Below, piece by piece: positions 54,293 to 64,000 of a stretch of 64,000 nucleotides of DNA. The position numbers and the translations under genes are program-made. This stretch comes from Dimorphilus gyrociliatus (Eukaryota > Animalia > Annelida). Each line of letters opens with the position of its first letter. The first letter of the stretch is position 1. Where the stretch lies: the NCBI GenBank assembly GCA_904063045.1, contig CAJFCJ010000003.1:1612001-1676000 (forward strand), in the 5' to 3' direction. The notes beneath the pieces were generated by a model, which made no database searches, was not told the origin of the DNA, and was given only the letters and a program-made list of their open reading frames with translations.

Positions 54293-55117
54293 TTTTAAGT
54301 ATGGTTCTTGTTCTCGTGAGAAATCTGTTTGAAAAAATGGCAACCATTTGTCAGCCCAATGAGCTTTTCCGGTTGAAGTTAAACAGATTCTAGTCATTTA
54401 GCACTTCACGAAAATTTTACCAGAGTACCAATACAGTTATTTTTATACACTAGCAGAAACTATTCGTTAAAAGATTTGTGAAGCTAGCAACATTTTTATA
54501 GAAACTACGTCATTACATAAGATCTCTGGAATGTGAGAAAGTTTGAGAATCAGCGAAAACTTTTAGGAAATCTACAAAATCTTTATGTGTGCGTAAATTC
54601 GACACAAAAATAACTAAAAACAAAATTACTAATATTCACATGCCTAGATAATTTTAGAAATTTATAAAGTCGATTCCGAAATTATCGGAAAACTGTAGAA
54701 CACGTGTTAAAATAAATTTTAAAAAAAGAAAAACTTGAAGGTACAAACCTGAATAGAGCGGGCCTTTTCAGGCTCCGCTCATCTGCAATAGCCAACTTAT
54801 CTGATAGGTAGGCGGCCGATAGTTTATAAATAGTTTTCTGTTAGTCGATTCCATCTTAGGCCTAAGAAGAAGCGCTCTAAAAATATTGATATAGACCAAA
54901 TTGGAATACCTCCAAAAGTATTATTAATTTTTATGTAAAAAATTTGTTTTAAATAGCAAGTCACCTTTCAATAGAGAATTCATTTTTAAAGATATACAGT
55001 ATAATAAAGGCTTTAAATTATTTAAAAAATAAATGCGGTCCTGAATATTCTGCTAGCGCAAAAGATTTTTCTACTTGACGTATAAATTTCTATTTGCTAC
55101 GGTTTACCAAAATTAAT

Positions 55118-56576
55118 ATGTCTGATGGAATACATGATAGTGTTAAAGATTATTATGGTAAGGTGCTACAAAAAAGTGGTGATCTGAAAACGACTGCTTG
55201 TACTACATCGGAGAATGAATCCATGTCCAAATCGGTTAAACACGCCCTTAGCTTGTTAAGTGACGAAGTTCACGAAAAATATTACGGCTGCGGAATTGTT
55301 TTACCACCTGCATTAGAAAATTGCACAGTTCTTGATCTTGGCTGTGGTGCTGGTCGTGACTGCTTCTGCTTAAGTAAATTAATTGGTGAAAATGGGCATG
55401 TTACCGGGCTAGATATGACACAAGAGCAGGTAAATGAAAAATCGAGGACAGCCAATTTTATAAAATATCTCAAAGTCATGTTAATGTAATATGAAAGAAC
55501 TTTTCAGTTAGATGTTGCGAATAGAAATATTTCTTTTCATACCGAAAAATTTGGTTATTCTAAACCTAATATTGACTTTAAGAAAGGCTACATCGAAAAA
55601 CTAACGGAGGCCGGTATCAAAGCATCTACTTTTGACGTCATTGTGTAATTAAAATAGTGATAATTGTTTTATGCTCTCATATGCTATTCGTTCCAGGTCT
55701 AATTGTGTCGTAAACCTATCACCAGATAAGGAGGCCGTCCTGTCGGAAGCTTACAAAGTTCTAAAGGTAATTTAGATTTAATATAATAACATTACTGCTC
55801 TCCTCTACACTTAACACCAAATACCACCCAGGAAGGAGGTGAGTTCTATTTTAGTGACGTTTACGCTGATCGACGTCTATCTGAAGAAATTCTAAAAAAT
55901 GAGGTCCTATGGGGTATGTCTTAAATTAAAAGGAAGAATGCATGATAATTATTAATACTAATGAATTTTCTACACAGGGGAGTGCATAGCTGGTGCATTA
56001 TACTGGGAAGATTTAATTAATTTGGCAATAAAAGTAGGTTTTACCTCGCCGCTACTGGTGAGTGCGAGTTACATTGATATAAAGAATAAGGAGCTAAAGA
56101 AAATTCTTGGTTAATCATCTGAGTTTTATAAAATATAGCTTTTATTTATCTCATCATTTTCAGGCTGTGCTCAATTTATATCAGCTACGTACAGATTATT
56201 CAAAATTCCGAAAGGAGATTTTCGAAACTCTATTGCAGTTTATAAAGGCGGAATAGAAGATTTTGAGTCTAATTTGAAATTTGATTACAATCACAGTTTT
56301 CAGGTTAGTGGTAACGTATCTGTATAAATCAATAGGTCCAATAAATGTTTAACTTATAAACAGAAAGGTATACCCGTGCCAGTTACTGGTGAATTGTCTG
56401 GTGTGTTGAAAGGATCACGTTACTCGAAATTCTTTACAGTTGAAGAGCAAAAGCATTCCTCTGAAATTATCAATCCATTCCATGTGGCTGGAAAATCTTC
56501 AGGTGGATGCTGCGGAAAGCCAAAACAGGAAGAAAAGAAGACAAAATCATGCTGTTCCGGCGAGAAATGCAATTAA
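55118..56576 (+). CDS. AS3MT: Arsenite methyltransferase; 7 exons
   Basis: VKDYYGKVLQKSGDLKTTAC; YYGCG; SAM-binding VLDLGCGAGRD; GLDMT; SNCVVNLSPDK; GGEFYFSDVY; GECIAGALYW. All four catalytic-type cysteines are present; C-terminal GGCCG...KSCC tail. Confidence 0.96.
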
Positions 56577-57349
56577 GGGATTGAAGCCAGAATGTGATTA
56601 TCTAAGCTAAACTCATATTCTTAGACGTTCAATAAAACGACGATTCGATAACTACCAATTTTGTTGAATTGATTATCGGAAATTAAGTTATTGAGAATTC
56701 TACGGGCAGGGATATTAAATTGATATCCTTGTCCTATTATCATATTCACGTCCTTGAGTATTTTAATTGATAAAAAATCCAAGAATTAATAATACTTATT
56801 ACTAATAAATCAATAGCGGCTAAATTTTGGTCGTTTTTAAAATAAGGACCGAAGAGATTCTCAAAAGACTAAAAAGTTGGTTTAGAATCGACTCTAAATT
56901 CTCAATAATAGTATATACTATAGAATGTTTATAATATGCACCACAGTTAACTTAGGAAATTATTGCAGAAAGCGAAAGACGCTAAAGAGTCTTTTTCCAG
57001 CGATGATCGAGGATTTTTACTAATATAAACATGAAGTCCATTTTAATAAATAAAGAACTAGTAAACTAGATACAACTCTTGTATCATTTAATAAATCAAA
57101 AACGCAACAGTCGGCTCTCATAATAAATATATTATATTTGTTAAATTGTTCAAACTTTATGATGTCGCAATATTGTATCTAACTATTTACTTGTTTTAAA
57201 AAATGTCTTACGTAAAAGATTCCTATTCGGGACAAAGAGCTTTCAATTACTACTGAACTGTTCGGATCCAACAGTTTTTCAGATATTAATGTATATTTAT
57301 ATTTAAATATTTAATTAATTACATACGTTCCTGTTCCCTTTTGAGAAAA

Positions 57350-59000
57350 GATCTCAAAATATCTCCTCGAACCGTGAATTATATAATGATTCTTTTATGA
57401 ACCTTTTCATATGCAATGAATAAAAAATCTTTGACGGGTACAGCGGGTAGCAGGCAATCTGCGGTCATATTATTCAAATAAGTTTGTATGACACAATAAA
57501 GATAAAATAGTATTATTGATGCAAATACGTTTTTGGTATATATCGGATGACAATGATAATTTAGATTTAGATTACTGATTTTCTTTAATGTTTACTCTGG
57601 TATAAGCGAGTCGGTTGACGAAAAGAATACCAACAGAATCGATAATACTTATAAGCAAGTATTCCACTTAATTGGGAATTAAATTAATTTTATAGTAGAC
57701 TTGATTAAAATAAGAAATTTTAGCAGCATTTCCTTATTCGCCTCAAGTTATGATTCAAGATTTGTTGAATTAAAATATAATTTTATTCTATAAAGAAACT
57801 ACATGTTTTAAATGTTATCTAAAAAACATTCACACTTGATAGATTCTGACTAATTTGTTTTTATAGTGATCATCACTTGCAATTCGATTTGATCCATTTT
57901 TTCTTTTATCACCCTTTTAAATATTTATAATAAATTCTTTCCGGATTGTATGATACTTAATGGATTCACAAATAATTCCGCTAAATTTACTTTCGTTTTC
58001 TTGTTAACTTGACGGAAAAGTTCAGTTGAAAAACGCAAAGAATATTTGTATACTAATTTATTACTCAAATATAGCTTTTATTTATGTTGAACTGACTGCT
58101 AAAGATAACTTTGAATTCTTAACTTTTGACTTTTTAAGCTCTGTAAAAACATTACGAAAGAGCTTCCTGACTAAGGAGCCTCGTTGATTATTCTAAAATT
58201 GACTCTAAGTAGCTCATTTCCTGAAATTAAGATACTACTACGCCCTTATTACAGTGGTAGAATAATACTTCTCAAATCGCTGTATGCTAAAAGGCATTTA
58301 GTACTCGTTAATGATGGAATACAGTCGGTTTGAGAATGTTTAAATTCAGAAGCGCTTAAACTTGAAAAGATAGAATCCCTTTGGAGGTTTCTAAGTCATT
58401 TATACGTACTAAAAATAATCCTTTCGGCAGTGCTCAATTACGAAAGAGCTGTGAAGCAATTGATTGATTTCTGTGATTCGTAATAGTTAACTATCTTATA
58501 ATACAAATGGTCTCAACTTTCTGTTACTTGTCTTTTATGTCAAGGAAAAATACAGCAACTGAAAAATTTAACCATTTATGTAGATCACGAGTCAGTAAAT
58601 ACTTTTATTGCAAGAAATAATGTTAATTACAAAGTCTTCCTATTGTTATTCATGCAAACGGTATTTTATTAATTTAATAAACTTTTGCTGGTTACAAAAA
58701 CTTTTTATTCATATTTCAATGCAATCAAATTACTATATATAAAACATAAAAAATTTTCTCCGCTACTAAAATCTCGTATATGATTAAATGAATCTTTTGT
58801 GATATTGTTAAAAAGGTTTACTTGAAAATGTGCTTTTTAATTACAGTTAATTTCCTGCAGAAAAAGCGAGTGGGACTTGATACTTTAATAAGAATATTCG
58901 AAGCACTTTTAGTGATATATCTCCTTCATATCTTATAAAGTTGATGACATATTTTGCTCAAGTTAGATGCGCCAGTTTCTTAATAGAATTTTATTATAAT
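57350..59000 (-). pseudogene. Second decayed LRR(-membrane protein) remnant
   Basis: Fragmentary LRR-like peptides with stops and frameshifts: LKVLRI, NDLET/PKGF, SDLRSIILP, ILISGNELLRV, LQSLKSQKLRI; then hydrophobic fragments VLSILLVFFSSTDSLI and VFASIILFYLYCVI. Confidence 0.28.
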
Positions 59001-59275
59001 TTCGTTTCGTCCATGAAAGAAGTTTCTTGAATGTAGGCTACCAAAATACGAGATGCTTTTGTATCTGCTATAAGAAGACATAGATGAAAAGAAATCAGGA
59101 TCGTAACGGACTTAATAAGTATTTTTCCTTGATGCTCTATAACACTCTCATCCATCATACTAAATTGTCATTTATCACTCTAATTCAAATAATTAGTCAG
59201 AAATTATGTTTAGATTTTATTGAGACGCTGGACACGAGGTTTTCAGTCATTTAGAATCAGTGGAACAGGAAGGTA

Positions 59276-60238
59276 ATGCTTTTTTTATGCTTCTCAGCTA
59301 TTTTCGTCTGCCTTGGATTCGCAGCTAAAGGACAGGTGGAATTTAAAGAGCAAGTTGTGGTTGAGCAGGTTTTAGAAAACTGCAAATCAGCTTGCATCTT
59401 ATCGAGACCTATAAGAGATGCGAAACAAAAAGTTACTGTTGAAATGATGATTAGGTTGGTTGAAATTATTGATGGAGACCCTAAACTTGGAGAGTTTACA
59501 TTAAGATTGGCAGAGGATTATGTAATATTTTGAAATAAAAATATTTAACTTTCTATGAATTATCCTGATTTATCTATTTTCTATTAACGTATTTTAGTCT
59601 TGGATAGATTCAAGGTTATCGTGGCCAGATTCGGATGTTGATATGATCAGCCTTCCTGATAAGTATATCTGGATTCCTGATATTAAACCCAACAATTGTA
59701 GGTAAATGTAAAAACTAAAAAGTTAAGCTGCAATTAGAAATTGCCTTTGTGCACTTCACTTAGAATTTCGTATGATTCTTATTCGGCTGCATACCGTTCT
59801 CATCCAGCGAAGATAAAAAGAAATGGAAGCGTTCATTGGAGTAAATATCGCCTTATGAAGGTATAACAATGACATCTGCAGTTAAATACATGTTTACGTT
59901 ATGAACATCTTTTTTGCAACAGAGTATATATTTATTTTGTATTATAGTAAATTATAATTTTTCAGGTGAAATGTAAGTTCGATAGATCCAAACCAGTATT
60001 AACGAACATGTATGCATGTACAATTATTTATTACTCATCAATTTGGAATGCTAATCAGCTAGACGTAACTTCTATGACGAACTCAATAACGAAACATGTT
60101 GATTACGTAGAAAACTCTTTTTGGAACCTTAAGAAATTAGGTGCAAAAATAATACATTATAGAGATAAATGCTGTAAGGATTTATTTGTCCTAATTAATG
60201 TAACTTTTCATTTTACACATGCTTCTTATTTTGTGTAA
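59276..60238 (+). CDS. Cys-loop (pLGIC) extracellular ligand-binding domain protein, acetylcholine-binding-protein-like, ~239 aa; 4 exons
   Basis: Exons 59276-59521, 59598-59701, 59764-59860 and 59966-60238 join in frame. Signal peptide; RPIRD..VTVEM.I.LVEIIDGD; SWIDSRLSW; IWIPDI; NGSVHW; Cys-loop CKFDRSKPVLTNMYAC; DYVENSFW; loop-C vicinal CC (YRDKCCKDLF); stop immediately after beta10/pre-M1. Confidence 0.88.
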
Positions 60239-62702
60239 GCATGTATTGCAATAGACGCAATAGAAACTATTGTGCTATAGTATAGAAAAGCGTTATCGTA
60301 TTTCAAAATTTATTATTTCGAATAGAATGAGCAGTAAACATAAAAAGATTGGTATCATCTTTGTTTTTCTCTTTGTTGCGCTCACATTCAATGAAGAGTA
60401 ATCTGACTTCTTTCTAGGGAGTACATCTTAGCATTTCTTCAAATATTTCCTTCTCTTCCGGTCATTTTGAGATGAGAAAATATGAAAATACTTGTTCGAC
60501 CTTAAAACACACTTATCCTTTTAAAAGAAAATTAATAGAAATGAAAAAATGAAACATAATAAAGTACTGAGGCGGAAATAGAGTCAATACTCTTTCTTCA
60601 TTTTTAGTTTTTCCAGATGCACATTATAACAGGTTGATCATAATGTAAAAGTGGAATTTAAAGTATCGACACGTCTTCCTAGAATGATAAATATGAAAGA
60701 GTTATTTTAATTTCCACCATTATTATTTATTTAATTAGATATCAAGCTGTGGGATTTCTGTCGGGATATTTCAAATATGCTGTAAAGGAAGATAAATAAT
60801 ACATTATTGATGTGAGGGATTAGCAAAGATAATTGTAGGTATATATTTATATGTTTATCCGCCTCCACCTTGTTATCCCTTCAGAATAGCACAACCACAA
60901 AAGTTCCCAGAAGACAGACAAAATTTCTCAGCATGCTACTTATAGTATGAACAATGTCGTGTGAGGAATAAAAAAAATTACGAGTCGCAAAATGAGGGAG
61001 ATATGCCCTATTCTGTTTCGTTAGTTAGGGAAACGTTGCTGTCGAACCGATTTATCTCTGAAATGTAGCAAAATCTTAATACGGACAAAGGTCCAGACTG
61101 TACTTCTAAGGAGAATTGCTCCCCAAATACCAATCCTCGCAATGGAAACAGTTCCCTTTGTAAAGCCTCGGGCAAATTCTATATTTCATTAAAAAATTCT
61201 ACAGAAGTATCAAGAATATGAGAATATGTAAGAGACTTTTAAATTTTTGTTCTCGTCTGGATTTTAGTAGGTATTTTTATTGAGGTTGATAAGGAATATT
61301 CCTGGAAATTAGTTTCTAAATAAGCCGCTGGGGGGAATAAGTATAAAGTATAGCCCCTAATCTTTGTTTGACTTCCGAATCGGCTGCGTTAAAAGACAGC
61401 CAAATAACCCTTAGGAGAACTATTTTGACCAGAGAAAACACACAAAGAGTTAAGAGAAGATTTAGTGTAAATCGTGAATACTGCTACATCATTGCTGATA
61501 AAATTCAATATATGAATAAATTAATTTCTTAAAGATAAATGTAGTGCTTTGATTTCCCTTGTCTACCGTATGAATTCCATAAATTCGAATCCATCTAAAT
61601 CCCGAGTCAAAAAAGAATAAATAAATAAATTTAATTCCTTATCTTTAGCTCATTACTGTTTACCATCAAACTTCTTTGATATATAACGAGGTTATAGTTA
61701 AATTTAATGACTTGCTAGAAGAAGAATATGGTCCATAGAACAACACCGAAAGTTAATTACAACACTAATAATTGTAAAATATGTATGAATAACGTTACTT
61801 TTAGGAAATATAGTACCTCATAGATTCATATCCTATATTTTACATTTATTTTTAAATTTAATAAATCTCTCGCGAAAATACTTCAAATGATTCTGATTAT
61901 CCGATGAAAGTTTTCATACTATGACAAATAGCATTCGATCGCTACCATGTTATTACTTCAATTAGAAAATTGAAGCTGAGGATAGAAAATTCACACGGTT
62001 CGGAATAGAAAGATGATATGGAAATAGATAAACGCCATTAGGTGTATTACTATGATCTTAGAAAGACATAAAGAAAAGTTACATTTAAAAATTTTTAATT
62101 AAGTAATCAATTATGCATGATTTGTGCATTGAATACCTAATAAAAATAACTAGTATTCTGTTTGATATAAATGCGGGATACCCTCCAGTAAGCATATATG
62201 TCGTAAATACACTTCACATATTATATATTCGTATAGTAAGCATTAATAAAACTGTTAAATATATATATGAACAGCAATATATATATATTCAGTATATATG
62301 TATATTGTATATATTATCGTATTTATATATACAAATACTAGAACAATGCATAATCTATATTAATAAAATTTCGTTTAGAAATATTTCAATGATCATCAAT
62401 AGTTTTCTTAACATGCAAATGATATGATATATGTGAGGGGAAATTCGATAAAAAAACGACGCTTCTTTCGATCGTCAATACCAAAGAGTCTATACGGAAT
62501 ACATAGGCCTATACCAGATGTGTCCTATAGGCCTATAATAAATAATGCAACGCTCTCAAACGTAATGCGCTAATTCAGAGGGTTGCATATAAAAGTGGTA
62601 TTCAGTTTATCTTTGTACCAGTTTAAATGATATCATATGATCGATTCTTTATCTGTCTGATAATAATATAAAAATAATGAGCAATAGATAGCGCTTTATT
62701 GA

Positions 62703-62716
62703 GCTCCACCTAGCGG
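62703..62716. promoter_or_regulatory. CTCF-like motif
   Basis: GCTCCACCTAGCGG (reverse complement CCGCTAGGTGGAGC). Confidence 0.45.
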
Positions 62717-63599
62717 TAAATATACCAAATCATTTAAGACTACGCCGAGAGGCGTGAAAAAAAGCTATAAAATAGAATAAGCTTTTCACGTTAAATAGTT
62801 CAAATCAACTTCTATAGTCGATCATAATGAACAATCATCGGAAGAGGCATGCCCATTTCCAGTGTCTCGTTTCTCTACGATATCTATTTCATTCGTTGTT
62901 TTGTCTGTGAGATATAGTGGCTCTTCTAGACTAGAGATAGCTACCTAACATTCATATTTTGTATGCCCCTTCACTTCACCAAACAGAAAAGAACCCTAGA
63001 GAATAGTTTCTTCCATCTTTTGAATAAAAAAGATAATATGAACTGACAATGTCAGGAAAATTTTAAGTTTCATTTTCATATTATGAGATGTTAGCCTCAT
63101 TTCAATCAAATTTAAATGAATTATATATCAACCAATATCTATTGAATTCTTTCGTAACTTATTGATTATAAAATAACAAGTGGGGAAAAGCCTTTTCCAG
63201 TTAACTTTCATAGTAAGTATTAAGTATCTCTTTTACTACTTTCGAAGTCTTTTTTATATAATAAAATCTGATGTAAACGTTTAACATTTTTGGGTAACTT
63301 TTGCTCAATCAATTAGTAAATACTGTCTCCTGTAAAAGGAAATGTTTTGAAGTTGATGCTGATTAAAATCTAAATTAGAGATGCCACAAGATTAAACTAG
63401 TATGATATATTATACTTTAGTAAACCTTAAGTATAATTATATTCCGGAGATAACGCCGCTTATTTTAACGGTGCTAAAAACCAATATCTTTCATGTCTTC
63501 ATCTTAGTTGAAACAGTACACACGCAGATTATGTTTTGAAATATATCAAAGCTCATTCCTCTTTTTTTTCCTAGTTATTCGTTCTACAGCATTAATATT

Positions 63600-64000
63600 T
63601 AACGACTGTCTAGAAGAGCCACTATCTTCCCTTTTATAACAACGTCCGGTATATCATCTTCTAGAATCCAATCTCCGTTGTCGTCGAACTTGTCGTTTTC
63701 ATCCGGTTCGTCCCAAAACGGCAAACGCAGAATTAGACCGGTTACTACTCCACCCAAGATAGCGATTCCTAGTGTTACAAAGATCGCAGCAAGCTGATAG
63801 AGAGCTTGAGAAGAAGCGGATCTGCCTGATCCGGGCTCGATCAGGTAGTCCTAAATAGAAATATATCGTGAGATCTCGAATGTATAATGTTATTTCATAT
63901 ACTTACTTCATTTGTTAAATTAGATTTTAATATACCTTCTACTGGTGCTCGAGATGGGTAGATTATATAGAGTCTGTAGACATTTTACAGGGGGATTTAC
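63600..64000 (-). CDS. Rh-type ammonium transporter (Rh50 / RHAG-RHBG-RHCG family), last two exons; rest outside window
   Basis: Exon 63973-63908 LYIIYPSRAPVEGILKSNLTNE, intron 63907-63851, then DYLIEPGSGRSASSQALYQLAAIFVTLGIAILGGVVTGLILRLPFWDEPDENDKFDDNGDW...LDSR*. This is the typical Rh last TM helix and FDD..W tail. Confidence 0.88.

Noticed and set aside
60240-62100. Search for M1-M4 transmembrane exons of the Cys-loop gene
   Set aside because: No frame gives the PLFY...P / M2 / M3 pattern; only isolated hydrophobic fragments with stops.
62113-62427. 104-aa I/Y-rich ORF
   Set aside because: Product of TA-rich low-complexity sequence. The same applies to 51085-51354 and 14972-15190.
1-64000. 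Transposons, tRNA/rRNA, CRISPR arrays
   Set aside because: No transposase or RT motifs, terminal repeats with target-site duplications, cloverleaf/A-B box pairs or repeat-spacer arrays were seen. The sequence is eukaryotic and intron-containing.

Overview
AT-rich (roughly 30% GC by eye), gene-dense animal genomic DNA with very short GT-AG introns (mostly ~50-90 nt) and no recognisable intact transposon, rRNA or tRNA. Tiny introns, CTCF-like motifs, an AChBP-like gene and a SUEL/CUB-like receptor suggest a compact-genome invertebrate, most likely a lophotrochozoan such as a miniaturised annelid (inference; a placozoan is the alternative). Gene order: 3' part of prominin (+); orphan single-pass membrane protein (-); decayed LRR remnant; two tandem ACP5-type purple acid phosphatases (-); intronless Q50 PRD-class aristaless-like homeobox (+); SEC23IP/DDHD (-) head-to-head with MCMBP (+); type II pantothenate kinase (+); PPP1R3 glycogen-targeting subunit (-); a 49-aa Cys/His microprotein missed by the ORF track (-); a secreted 16xEGF+MAM protein (-); small type I membrane protein (+); THNSL2 (-) head-to-head with L-threonine aldolase (+), which has a duplicated alternative last exon; SUEL-CUB-like-sushi-like receptor (+); two orphan disordered proteins (-); AS3MT (+); second LRR remnant; a Cys-loop receptor ligand-binding domain apparently lacking the channel (AChBP-like, +); 3' end of an Rh-type ammonium transporter (-). 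All spliced models were built by hand and need RNA-seq confirmation.
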